64,000 nt of DNA from Tubulanus polymorphus (taxonomy: Eukaryota; Animalia; Nemertea). Shown here piece after piece: positions 12,586 through 24,306 of the stretch (position 1 is the stretch's first letter; every line of letters starts with the position of its first letter). The translations under genes and the position numbers were made by a program. The stretch lies in NCBI RefSeq assembly GCF_964204645.1, contig NC_134028.1, forward strand, positions 19,289,653 to 19,353,652, in the 5' to 3' direction. Under the pieces are notes generated by a model that was given only the letters and a program-made list of their open reading frames with translations, was not told the DNA's origin and made no database searches.

Positions 12586-14897
12586 CACTTTGACTGCGGC
12601 ACCCGAGTTAACTCGGGTTCTAAGGCCCGATTTTTTACTGCGGCGCCCGAGTTAACTCGTTTTTATGCACCCGTTCAGTGGCGACTCCTGTTTTTGGGAA
12701 ACGGTACCACGGAACTATTATTTGTTCACGAATGCAACTAACAGGCTTCCATACTGCATTCTAATGTTGATTTCGAATCGATTTTGTTATTGTACGGGTA
12801 GGTAGAGGCGCTGAATGTACAGTGCTTATCTATGGGTGAGTTTCAAAACAAAGATGGCTGCGCCCAGGAGACAAGGTGGTAGACAGCTAACGGACTTAGA
12901 AATAAGCGAAATATTTGCCGACAGTGATTCGGAAAATGAACTTTTCGATGAACAAAATGCTGCAGCAGATGATGAGGAGGCCAGGGTAAGCTCTGAGGCT
13001 TCGGAAATTGAATCAAACGGTGAATCAAATGATGCGCATGATTTGGACTCTGAAAATAATTCTGAAATTTCGGCCAGCGGCAGTGATGAATCGAACGATG
13101 ATGATATAGCCCCAGTGGCCGCCCCAGCCCCCCCACCAGTTCAACGTGGTAGAGGCTTAGTAAGGAGGGGTGCTAGAGGTAGAGGGGCAAATCGTGGACG
13201 TGGTCGGGGCCGTGTTCCAGCTAATAGGCCTGATCCGGATGCAGGATGGAGTGACACTAATGTGCAGCCAGTTGTTGGTGCTTTTACAGGTACACCTGGA
13301 TTGAATGTAAACATGGACAGTGATGAGCCTATTGATTATTTTAGGCTTTATGTAACTGATGAACTTATAGACATTCTAGTTACTCAGACTAATTTGTATG
13401 CTTCTCAATTTATTAGAGATGCACAGCTGAAGCCTAAATCGAGGGTCCACGCATGGAAAGATGTTGACGCACAAGAAATGTGGCGTTTCCTTATGCTACT
13501 CTCTATGATGGGTATTATAAAAAAACCCACTATAAACATGTATTGGTCTAAAAAGAAAACAGTCAGAACTCCATTTTTCAATGAAACCATGCCTCGTGAT
13601 CGATTTCTGCTGATATTGAAATTTTTTCATTGTAACGACAACGATGCTCGTCCTGGTGACAACCAGGATCGGTTATACAAAGTCCGCCCTGTCTATGATC
13701 ACCTCACACGCAAATTTACCGAAGTTTACACGCCCACGGAACATTTATCATTAGACGAAGGGGTGTTGAAGTGGCGCGGGAGACTAGTGTTTCGTTGTTA
13801 TAACCCCCAAAAGCCCGAAAAATATGGAATGAAGTCGTACATGGTATCGGAATCCGAATCTGGGTATTTTTACAGTTTTAGTCTCTATTGTGGCACGAAC
13901 CGGAATGTTCCTACCATATGTGATGATACCCTACAGCCTTTATATGGTAAGAACTATAAAGTTTACATGGATAACTTCTACAATAGGTGGAAGGTATCCC
14001 AGCACTTGCTCAATAATAGGACTCACACATGCGGAACTGTTCGTATAAACCGCGGTCTTCCAAAGGCGCTTGTTCAACAAAGCAAAGAACTTCGACGTGG
14101 CGATGTCGCTTTCCGTCAAAAGGATGGAATAATGTTTCTGCTATGGCTAGATAAGAGACTGGTAAAAATGGTATCCACTTTACATGATTCTTCTATGGCA
14201 GAAACAGGTAAACAGGATAAAGATGGAAATCTGATTAGAAAACCGCAATGCATAATTGATTATAACCATTTTATGTCTGGTGTGGACCACTGTGATCAGA
14301 TGTCGCGTTATTATCCGTGTGTTTTGAAAACTGTGAAATGGATAAAAAAATTAGTACTATATCTCATTCATCTATCAGCAGTGAACAGTTATTTCCTGTA
14401 TCAAAAGAATCCCAATAAGGACAAACTTCATCTTCTGGAATTTTTGGAGCGTATTATTGAATCTATGGCTGAACTTGCGGGTGAAGTTCCCGTGGGGCTT
14501 CAGGCCAATAGGGGACCACAGGGAGATCCAGTTACAAGGCTTACAGGAGGGGCAGCTAATCATGCATTTGTTTTGATCCCCCTACTGCCAAGAAACAAAA
14601 CCCAACCAGAGTATGCAGGGTTTGCTCAAAAAAGGGCATGAGAAGCGAGTCTAGATATATGTGCCGCAACTGTGAAACCCCCCTTCATCCTGAATGTTAC
14701 TCTGCATATCACTCCAAAAAGATTTACTGGGTGTAAAATATCATAAAACCAAAGAATAAAAGACAAGAGTAAGGTAAGACATTATTTTTTCTTCATTTAT
14801 TGCTCTTTTATTGAAGGACTACAAAATTTAACATTTTTTGGAAAAAACGTTAGCACAGGGGTATATACGCATTTCTAAAATTTCAGCAGTCAAAGTG
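12586..14897 (+). mobile_element. Full-length piggyBac transposon, copy 2
   Basis: TTAA at 12582-12585 and 14898-14901. Same TIRs and same flanks as copy 1, so it arose by the segmental duplication rather than by transposition. Confidence 0.95.
12815..14736 (+). pseudogene. piggyBac transposase frameshifted before the C-terminal Cys-rich domain
   Basis: 1-bp loss in the poly-C run near 14578-14583 gives a 608-aa ORF ending at 14641; the original stop is at 14734-14736. Confidence 0.88.
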
Positions 14898-17800
14898 TTA
14901 ATAAATACGTTTGAATTGTAGGATAGTATAATCAGTTAAAATAGTCACTGGTGAAATGCTGTACACGAGTAAATGGCGGATGTAATATACGTGCGTCATC
15001 TTCACCCATTTCACCCTGTTTCACTTCACCTCACAACAAATTTCAATTTTGTTTGAATCATATGTTCGGGTTTTAGTGGTGGTAATTCTTTTTCGTCTTC
15101 ACTATCCAAAGGACTAATAGAATGTCCAGGTAGTTTTGTAGCTTGTTGCAATTGGTACACCTTTTGCTTTTTGTTAGGTTTCGGTAGTTTGCCAAATAGA
15201 TTTATATTTCTTATCCTCCCTTGGAATGCGTGATAACTTCTTGTTGAACTGCCAAAAGCGTGTCGTTAACGTCTGATCTGCTACACATGGTCAGTAGCAT
15301 CATGTCTTGGAAAAATCTCATTCCCAAATGATCGTGTTTCATTTTTCTTAACATCATGTCTTACTCGTAATAGTAAACACATGCTCCTTTTTCTTCCCAC
15401 TTCCAAACGTGTTTTTTGCATTCATCGTCTCTGATCACATTGGTTATTTCCAATATTTCACTTTTCTCTTGTTCTCTAGAGTCTTCAAATATCACATATT
15501 GACCACCATACTGATCATTTCTATTGACAATGGACAAATCCACCGCTGCTCTATTTGGGCATTGACATGTGGTTTATGTTTATGTTTATTCACCATGCTC
15601 ATCTATAACAAATAACTGCGACTCTATTAGAGTTTAGTACCGGTTGAAATCTTATCACTGTGCATTTTTCAACTTTTCCCTTTTGTCGTGTTTTGTGTTC
15701 AGTCAAGATTGTAGTCAGTTGCGTTTTACTACATCCAAATCCTAAACCAAAAATGTCAAGAACAGTAAATGCAGAAGTACAAAAGCCAAACACCTCCACG
15801 CCTCAGACTGCGATGAACCAATGGTAGAAGATCTAAATTTGTCTCCTATTCAATCGCATAGCAAAGAAAAACCGTCACTTTTACAACGGAAACCACAGCA
15901 GAAAAATCTCTTTCCTGACTTTGATGTAGCGTCACTACTCGAACAATCTATGACCACAGATACAGAAATTTCCAACGCTTTAGGTGACGATGAGGACTCT
16001 ACTCTCACCGAAATCCATGAACCTGATTTTTCATAAGCAGATTCTGTAAATGTTGTTACCAACAGGTGTAGACGTGAATGGAAAAGCTAGAAAAAGATAT
16101 GTAGATGGCAAAGCTGCCACTACAAAAAGCGCACAGAGGTGTAGTGGTTGTAAAGATTTACCCAGTACCACTGTCAATGCAAACGCCACGGCTTCAAAAT
16201 GTAATTTGATAGCAAATCATCAATTATTGGCCACCACATCCATGTCAACAATGAGTACAAATAGTCCACATGAATCTCAGATATTATTCAAATGTGGTGG
16301 TGGTAATCATTCAGATCCCAGGGATGATAATACGTGCATAGAAAAATGTACCAATATCGTTGTGTCAGTATGTAGAACCGCTGTACTACCAGCGACTACC
16401 ACTATATGTGTGGCGTTTTTGTCGACCTGAGCGCTTCTGCAACCAGTTTCCAATATCCAACTACGATGACCTTCACTTTGCCGCTGTTTATGGGTTTGAG
16501 TCCTGCTATATAATGTTTATTTAAATAATTTCATTTGGGCCACTTTTTGTCAATTACTGACTTTTTGTTCATTCTATAAATACTGATAAATAGACCTTTA
16601 CAGCAGCAAAACATTCTCGTTTATGTATAAACGATGACACTTTTCTATTATCAGGTTATGCTCTACGCCAATGAGGCCATGTGCCTGCATGGCACGTGTG
16701 GAAAATCTGGAAAAACTGGATATCTTTCTAAGTAAGCTGGAAGGTGTCATCGACCAGCTCTCCAGAGAAGAGACCAGACCGGCAACAAAAAAATCTACCG
16801 TTTTACCACCGGGAATACAGGTTAGTTACATATGCGAGATTATATGGGCATATCTTTTTATGAAATGCATATATGTATGTATATATGCATACACTCGATA
16901 AATTCATATTAATTGCAGGGAGCTGTGAGAACTATAGCGACCAAAGTGATTGGCAATACTGATTTAGAATGGAAATTTAAAAGGTAAAAGCTGATCAATC
17001 ATTTTTTACATAAATCTATTTATGTTTTAAAAAATAAACCAATATTTTTTCAACAATTTTCACTTTTGATGCAAATGAAATTTTATCCAGACGGATTGTG
17101 AGAGAAGTGAAGTCTACACATACGGACAAGGTCTGGACGGAACTGTCAATCGAAGGTATGACATTATGTAATTAGAAAACAGCTTGTTTTCTGTCCCCCA
17201 ATATTTACAAACATTTCCCATGTTTTTGGTTTTTCTATTCGTTTTTCAGTTGCATTAAAAATATATGGCGAAATAAACGGGATGACGAGAAAAAGGAACG
17301 TTGTCTGTTCATCGGTAGTGTAATAAAGCCAACAAGAGGAAGTACGATGTAAGTTTGCATGACCTTTAATTGTACAAAAAGGAAACTGAACATTACCAAC
17401 CGTATAACAATTGAAAGGAGTATCATTTGATAAGATAATGTCTCTTCGAAATAGATTTATTCTTATCATGATCTGAAGTAAATTTGTGTGAATGGTGATT
17501 ATCAGTTTGTACATGGTCTCTAAAACGAAATATCGTTTTCCAGAGTCCATGGTTTGTCTAATTCTAATGGTGACTCTTTTCAAACTTGTTTCCCATCACT
17601 CAATATCATCGCATTGCCTGGCAAGTTCTCCACCTACCAGTCCTGCAAATACATATCTTTAGTTCACTAATTCTATAATTTTTCCGGTATGAAATGTCTT
17701 ATATACTATGAGAATTTATAACCTGTGTTTTCCAGAAGCTGGAAAGGGGACAAAAAGCCATACGTAACATCGACTGGGATGAGAGTAAAAAGAAAAAGGT

Positions 17801-18294
17801 GGCCGATATTTTAGTGATCGAATTTATGTCACCTGAGAAAAAAGAGGACGAGGAAATGCCTAATAATATTCCGGAGTGAACTATCTCCAAAAATGCAAGA
17901 GCTTTACACAATACATTCTAAAAGAAATTATAAATGAGGTCACCACCAGGGAGCGGTGATATAGACCCAATCAACACAGGGGTTAATTCGAATTGATTTT
18001 CAATTGAGTTAACTCCTGTGTTGAGAGCTCTATAAAACGGTTCCTTGGTATTTTTACCATCAATTACTATATATTATCTTTTCAGAGACTTAAATCCAAA
18101 CATGTGATCCATCCAAATGTTTATTCACTTTTTGTTTGGGTCCGATTTTTTGGGATATTTCACTTAATCTTTTGAACTCAAACCTCATGGTCTTAATACA
18201 ACAAGTGAAACTGTGCAGTCTGAATAAACCATCGATTTCAAATCCATGACACTGTTTTAAAGAATAACTAGTCTTCTTTTTCTCTGTTAACACC

Positions 18295-18440
18295 TGTAGG
18301 ATAGTACATTGTATGATGCTGCCACCTGGCGCAGACTAAAAAAAGCGTTGTAACGGAAACCATGAATAAACTACTACCGTTATCATTATATCAATCTTAA
18401 TCTTATTATATCGGAAACATCTTGGCTGGACGATGCTACA
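18295..18440 (+). repeat. 5' LTR
   Basis: TGTAGG...GCTACA, matches 22918-23063. Confidence 0.95.
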
Positions 18441-18442
18441 TA

Positions 18443-18455
18443 TGGCGACGAGGAT
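18443..18455 (+). promoter_or_regulatory. Primer-binding site, probably tRNA-Ser(GCU)
   Basis: TGGCGACGAGGAT lies 2 nt after the 5' LTR and is complementary to a ...ATCCTCGTCGCCA tRNA 3' end. The tRNA identity is from memory. Confidence 0.8.
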
Positions 18456-18579
18456 GAATTTGGAACACTAATGTTGATATAGAGCGGTGTATTTTTGTAT
18501 TCTTCGTTCGTTGGAGGTCGAATTTGATCGTCGAAACAGGTACGATTGTTGAACATTCAACCCGCCCGTGAAAATTAAA

Positions 18580-21500
18580 ATGGCCGAAAATCTTCGGGCT
18601 CCGGCCCCGTTGAACTTGAACGCCACAGACCTGGCAGCCGAATGGGGTTCATGGCTGGCCTCATTCGAATTTTTCGAGGTAGCCTCTGGCGTGGACCAGA
18701 AGGAGGACAAGATACGCAGAGCTACTTTGCTCCATTGTCTGGGAGCATCTGTTCAGAGGGTGTTTGCTGCACTCCCTGGATCAAAGACTTCGTTTGCAGA
18801 AGCGAAGGCTGCATTGAAGGCCTACTTCGAACCAAAGAAGAATACTATTGCCGAACGTTATAAATTCCGCCAACGAGCACAGAATGAAAGTGAAACTATC
18901 GACCAGTATGCTACCGCACTCAGAGACCTTGTCCGATCTTGTGACTATGGCAACAAAGAGTCTGAGATGATCAGAGACCAGATCGTTGAAAAGTGCCGTA
19001 GTAATGAACTCCGAGTAAAATTCCTAGGTCAGGAAGATTTGACACTAGACAAATTATTGAAAAGTGCACGCACTTTTGAAACCGCAAAAGCAGAGGCTCA
19101 AAATATGAGTACTACCGTCAGTACTACTGCCAAAACTTTGCGTGTTCGAGAACATACTAAGAATAATCATACTAGCTCCAGCCGAGACGCAATTCATTCT
19201 GAGTGTTACCGATGTGGTGGCACAGACCACGCACCTGACTCGTGTGGTGCCTTAGAGGCAGAATGTGCCTATTGTAAGAAGAAAGGACATTACGCTAGAA
19301 AATGCCGTAATAAGAAATCAGACACTCAAAAAGGTGGGAGAACAACGTCAATGTCCAAAAAGAAAAGCTCGAAACCTCCCGGTAAAGTTCGAAATGGCAC
19401 AGACCACGCACCTGACTCGTGTGGTGCCTTAGAGGCAGAATGTGCCTATTGTAAGAAGAAAGGACATTACGCTAGAAAATGCCGTAATAAGAAATCAGAC
19501 ACTCAAAAAGGTGGGAGAACAACGTCAATGTCCAAAAAGAAAAGCTCGAAACCTCCCGGTAAAGTTCGAAATGTTTCTGACGGGGATTCGGACAGTTCAA
19601 ATTCTGATTTTGTTTGGACTATTAAGAACGAATGCGATAAGAATAAGTGTATTCGATCGTTGAAGATAAACGGACAGCGTTTCAAGATGATAATAGACAC
19701 TGGTTCAGAACAATCAATTATTGGTTCAGTAACATACAGCGGTCTATTCCGAACAAGATTCCCGTTAAAACCGACGACTAAATTGTTTAAAGCATATGGT
19801 GGAAACACGTTGAAATGTATGGGTTACTTTAACGCTGACATCAGTACCAAAGAGAAAACGATTCGAAATTATAAGATATACGTCATAAACGGTGATGTCG
19901 AGCCATTGCTTGGACGCAAAGCAACGTTTGCGCTAGATATCTTGACGGAGAACACATTTAATGTCAAGACTGAATATGATTCAGATCCGTACGCTGAATT
20001 ATTAGATAAATATAGTGACGTATTCGATGGTACTGGCCTGATTAAAGGATATGTGCACAAAGTTACAGTAGATCCCTGCGTAAAACCTGTTTCTCAACGT
20101 TTGTGGCGCAAACCGTATGCGATGGAAAATCTCATTGATTCCGAAATGGATAAAATGCTCGACCTTGACGTAATCGAAAAGTCTACGGAAGGATCCGACT
20201 GGGTATCGAATTTGATAGCTGTACCGAAGAAAAACAACGAAGTTCGTATTTGTGTCGATATGCGTGAACCGAATAAATGCATAATTCGTGAACTGTATCC
20301 AGCACCTCGCGTAGAAGACATATTAACGAAGATGGAAGGTGCACGTGTTTTCGCGAAACTCGATGTCAAGAAAGCCTTTTGGCAGATTGAACTTCATCCG
20401 GATTCGAGAAACCTGACAACATTCCTGACTAAGCGCGGTACATACCGTTATAAGCGTGTTCCGTTCGGAATGTCATCATCAAGCGATGCGTTTCAAAAAG
20501 TTATCGATCAACTTTTTGGTGACATAGACGGCGTCGTTAGCGAATATGATGATATTATTGCGTATGCTAAAACTGACGAACAATTATTAAGAATACTCGA
20601 AGAAATATTTAAACGTTGTCGTGAGAACAATCTTGTTTTGAACAGGAGCAAGATTCAGCTCGGTCTTCGAAATATTGAAGTGGTAGGACATCGATTTACA
20701 CCAACAGGTGTAAAACCTGCTAGTTCAAAGGTTAATGCTTTAATACATGCTCCTGCTCCTAAGAATATTAATGAGCTTAGATCAGTATTAGGTACTTTCG
20801 GTTATGTACAGAAATTTATACATGATTATGCAAGTATTTGTGAACCTCTCAGAAAATTACTTCGTAAGGATACTAAGTGGAATTGGGGTAAAGAGCAGGA
20901 TATATCTTTTATGAAATTGAAAGAAATTATCGGTAAATCTCCTTGTTTAGCTTACTATAAAACTGGTGTAACTTGTACTTTGATTATGGATGCTTCACCC
21001 TTTGGGTTAGGAGCTATATTATTACAAACACAATCTGATGAATCGTTAAAACCAGTAGCTTATGCAAGCAGATCTTTGACCGATACTGAACGGCGATATT
21101 CTCAGTTAGAAAAAGAGGCCCTAGGATGTGTTTATGGTGTAGAATATTTTAGAAATTACTTATGGGGTACCAAATTCAATCTGTTAACGGACCATCGTCC
21201 ACTCATACACATATTTAATCCATCTGTTTCTACTATTGTACCACCACGTTGTCAGAGATTATTATGGCGTTTAAGCGCATATGAGTATAACATAAACTAC
21301 ATTCCTGGAAAACAGAATATTGCTGATTTCCTATCTAGGATGCCACTTAAAACTAACTTGAATTCTAAACATGATGCATTTGTTGATGAGTATATACTCA
21401 ATATTGTAAATATTATTATGGATTCTGATCCATCGGAAAATGCTATAACTTTAGAAGAGTTAAAAAGAGAATCGGCGAAAGATGTTACTCTTATGAAAAT

Positions 21501-22308
21501 TCATAATTTTGTATGTAATGGTTGGCCTAATGATGTTGATTTCGATGTTAAACAGTACTATAGGTATAAAGATGAGTTATCTGTAATTGATTCTTTAGTG
21601 CTTAGAGGTCAACGTATTATTATTCCATCTAGTTTGAGGAATAGAATGATTAAACTGGCTCATGAGACACACCAAGGTATTGTAAAAACTAAAGGGTTTC
21701 TCAGAACAAGGTATTTTTGGTTCGGTCTTGATAAGGAGATTGAAAACGCTGTAGAAAATTGTCATGAATGCATTGTGAATCAACCTTTAATTCATGATAC
21801 ACCTCTTCAACCATCAGAATTACCCGACAAACCCTGGCAAAAATTAGCGATGGATATATTTGGACCTATTAAAGGCGAATATTTGCTAACGCTAATTGAT
21901 TATCGTACATCTTGGCCCGAAGCCATTATTCTACCGGATATTACATCTCAGACGATTATTGTTAAGATCTCCGAGATATTCGCTCGATTTGGTTTTCCCG
22001 AAGAAATTGTCACAGACAATGGAAAACAATTTATAAGTGATAAAATAGAAAAAATTTTTGTTTCATGTGGTACTAGACATAAAACAAGTAGTCCTTATTA
22101 CCCTCGTAGTAACGGTAAGATCGAAAGATTTCATAGGTATTTGATGAAAGCGCTGAAATGTGCTGTAAGATCCAGTAAGAACTGGCATCTTGAATTGTCC
22201 AGAATTCTTATGATGTATCGTAGTACACCTCATAAGGCTACGAGATTATCTCCATCTAAATTGTTATTGTCTAAAGAAATTCGGACTAAACTACCTATGT
22301 TAGAGTGA
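18580..22308 (+). CDS. Gag-Pol polyprotein, single ORF, premature TGA late in integrase
   Basis: CCHC knuckles, protease IIDTGS, RT (LDVKKAFWQI, PFGMS, EYDDI), RNase H (DASPFGLGA, TDHRPL), integrase HHCC plus DDE (MDIFGP, TDNG, NGKIER). Confidence 0.93.
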   Translation: MAENLRAPAPLNLNATDLAAEWGSWLASFEFFEVASGVDQKEDKIRRATLLHCLGASVQRVFAALPGSKTSFAEAKAALKAYFEPKKNTIAERYKFRQRAQNESETIDQYATALRDLVRSCDYGNKESEMIRDQIVEKCRSNELRVKFLGQEDLTLDKLLKSARTFETAKAEAQNMSTTVSTTAKTLRVREHTKNNHTSSSRDAIHSECYRCGGTDHAPDSCGALEAECAYCKKKGHYARKCRNKKSDTQKGGRTTSMSKKKSSKPPGKVRNGTDHAPDSCGALEAECAYCKKKGHYARKCRNKKSDTQKGGRTTSMSKKKSSKPPGKVRNVSDGDSDSSNSDFVWTIKNECDKNKCIRSLKINGQRFKMIIDTGSEQSIIGSVTYSGLFRTRFPLKPTTKLFKAYGGNTLKCMGYFNADISTKEKTIRNYKIYVINGDVEPLLGRKATFALDILTENTFNVKTEYDSDPYAELLDKYSDVFDGTGLIKGYVHKVTVDPCVKPVSQRLWRKPYAMENLIDSEMDKMLDLDVIEKSTEGSDWVSNLIAVPKKNNEVRICVDMREPNKCIIRELYPAPRVEDILTKMEGARVFAKLDVKKAFWQIELHPDSRNLTTFLTKRGTYRYKRVPFGMSSSSDAFQKVIDQLFGDIDGVVSEYDDIIAYAKTDEQLLRILEEIFKRCRENNLVLNRSKIQLGLRNIEVVGHRFTPTGVKPASSKVNALIHAPAPKNINELRSVLGTFGYVQKFIHDYASICEPLRKLLRKDTKWNWGKEQDISFMKLKEIIGKSPCLAYYKTGVTCTLIMDASPFGLGAILLQTQSDESLKPVAYASRSLTDTERRYSQLEKEALGCVYGVEYFRNYLWGTKFNLLTDHRPLIHIFNPSVSTIVPPRCQRLLWRLSAYEYNINYIPGKQNIADFLSRMPLKTNLNSKHDAFVDEYILNIVNIIMDSDPSENAITLEELKRESAKDVTLMKIHNFVCNGWPNDVDFDVKQYYRYKDELSVIDSLVLRGQRIIIPSSLRNRMIKLAHETHQGIVKTKGFLRTRYFWFGLDKEIENAVENCHECIVNQPLIHDTPLQPSELPDKPWQKLAMDIFGPIKGEYLLTLIDYRTSWPEAIILPDITSQTIIVKISEIFARFGFPEEIVTDNGKQFISDKIEKIFVSCGTRHKTSSPYYPRSNGKIERFHRYLMKALKCAVRSSKNWHLELSRILMMYRSTPHKATRLSPSKLLLSKEIRTKLPMLE

Positions 22309-22827
22309 TCCGATAATTCTGAAGGGAGAAGGATATCTGCTGAATTGAATCATAAGCATTATAATGCATCCATGAAATCATATATTGATCAGAAACGTTG
22401 TGCAAAAGATCACAGTTTTGTAATTGGTGATATTGTATATGTAGCAAATTTGCTCAAAGGGGAGAAATTAGATTGTAACTATAGTTCGGTAAAACATGTT
22501 ATTGTAAAATCTTTCGCGGATAATACATTTGAGATTGTCAATGTAAATACAGGGAAACGATACATTCGAAATGCAAAGTTCTTAAGAAAAATTCCAGTCT
22601 CTGTTAACTACGATAGTATTAATTTACCTATTTTGCCAACTCAATTACCTGAAACGATTGATAATAGAAATATAAATTCTGGTACAGGTACTACTGATGT
22701 AAGTACTGATATTGGTTCGAGAAATTGTATTAATGAAAAATCTGTTTCTGAGAAAGCAACAATTGTAACTAGGTCTGGTAGAACTTCCAAACTTCCTGCT
22801 AAATTTAATGATTTTGTAACAACATAA
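22309..22827 (+). pseudogene. In-frame integrase C-terminal tail beyond the premature stop
   Basis: Same frame as gag-pol; GDIVYV..., RNAKFL and TRSGRTSKLP..F.DF are typical Gypsy integrase tail motifs. Confidence 0.8.
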
Positions 22828-22917
22828 AATATTTGTATTCACAGATTTATGTTCATGTAATTTTGTATTAGTTCTTTAGTTTAGATATGTGACATTATAT
22901 TTCTAAAAAGGGAGATA

Positions 22918-23063
22918 TGTAGGATAGTACATTGTATGATGCTGCCACCTGGCGCAGACTAAAAAAAGCGTTGTAACGGAAACCATGAATAAACTACTAC
23001 CGTTATCTTTATATCAATCTTAATCTTATTATATCGGAAACATCTTGGCTGGACGATGCTACA
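22918..23063 (+). repeat. 3' LTR
   Basis: Follows the PPT and is followed by TSD ACACC. Confidence 0.95.
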
Positions 23064-23203
23064 ACACCTATCGCTGTAACATTGATTACGCGGCTAAAGA
23101 GTTACGGTTTTGCAAGTGTCCTGTTATTGTTAAAAACATTGTCAATTGTTAAAATTAACATTAATTGGTAAAATTAAGGGGAATGTAAATTGACAGAGGT
23201 GAA

Positions 23204-23530
23204 GTGAATAGAACAGAAAACCTGTCTGTACCTGAGGCCGACAAACTGAAGTTTGTGCTGGATGCCCTGAAAGCGACCGACTTGGATATACCCGATGGGA
23301 CAAAACGAGACTTGGTTGATGTTATACGAGACAACCTGGACATATTCTCAATGGGGGACATCGATCTTGGGAGAACTACTCTGCTGGAACACAGCATTGA
23401 CACTGGCACCAGTAAACCGATCAAACAAGCGCCAAGGCGTGTTTCACCACACTGGCAGGGCTTCATAGAGGACTCTACGGATCAACTACTGGCACACAAC
23501 CTCATACGGGAGCGTGTTCCCATTTGGTAA
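23204..23530 (+). pseudogene. Fragment of an unrelated Gypsy pol (protease-RT linker)
   Basis: DIFS..DIDLGRTTLLEHSIDTGTSKPIKQAPRRV motif. Confidence 0.75.
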
Positions 23531-24029
23531 CTGTTTGCTACGTACTTCGGGCATACTATGTTTGAGTTTCATGTTTTTTGGTATTCTGCTGGCCTTTTTC
23601 TTGTATTTTCACAAGCAGTCCGATGGATGTCGTGCCGTGGTTAATGCTGATAACTCGGAATTATTGGGTGATTATCATGCGTATCAGATTTATTCGGGGA
23701 GACCACACACTAGAGGGTGTACTCACATAGTGCGACTTCTAGTGGGTACTAATCATGACCTCGTGTGAACCCCACAAGCTGTACATATAGTAAATAGACT
23801 CAAGTGGAGAGACGAACAGTTTTGCAGAACGGCGTATGGAACTATTGCACTAAAAAGAACTTATGTAAATATGGTTCGATGTGGTTCGAACCAAATTTAG
23901 GAGGGAATGATGGGATGATTTGTATTGTATCCCTGGAGTCCTCCTTACTCCAGTGATCCAGCCAGTGCTGCCATCTGGAGTAGTGGTCGAAATACGGGGA
24001 ACCTCATCTTGTAATGGGCTCTGAATGGG

Positions 24030-24306
24030 CTATTGTTCTCTCCCGTCTGGGACAATAAAGCGAAGGCAACTGTAAAGAAAGTTATCAGGTTCAGTTGTTA
24101 TTCAGTCGAGTGATTCGTATCGTAGTGGACCTCCAATTGTTACCACAAGCTGGGGAAAACTATAAATTTTACAGACTATTGACTGTTTTAGGTGCCGTTG
24201 CAACGTGATATGCAATTCAGTAAATGATGCTGTACTGGAAAAACATGTTCAAAACTGGCTTAAGAATGTGAAAGATTGCCATGGTTGAAGAAAAAGAAGG
24301 AATTAA
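24030..24306 (+). pseudogene. Degraded DUF4806/BEN-like C-terminal exon(s), possibly the accessory gene of a CMC/EnSpm-like element
   Basis: After an AG acceptor near 24190: ..LEKHVQNWLKNVKDCHG*RKRR, resembling the WL..A.DR.GGRK.R terminus. Confidence 0.4.

Larger units (their letters stand above)
2462..15920. repeat. Tandem duplication of a ~6.7-kb unit (2462-9179 and 9182-15920)
   Basis: Near-identical sequence at offsets 6720-6743. The junction ...TTCCTGACT-GA-ATCGATGAA has a 2-nt filler at 9180-9181. About 20 substitutions and 3 indels seen by eye. Confidence 0.97.
18295..23063 (+). mobile_element. Gypsy/Ty3 (Mag-like) LTR retrotransposon, full length
   Basis: 146-bp TG..CA LTRs with one mismatch; 5-bp TSD ACACC (18290-18294, 23064-23068); PBS; PPT AAAAAGGGAGA at 22905-22915; gag-PR-RT-RH-IN order. 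Confidence 0.97.

Noticed and set aside
12586-14897. Second piggyBac as evidence of active transposition
   Set aside because: Identical flanks show it was copied by the tandem duplication.
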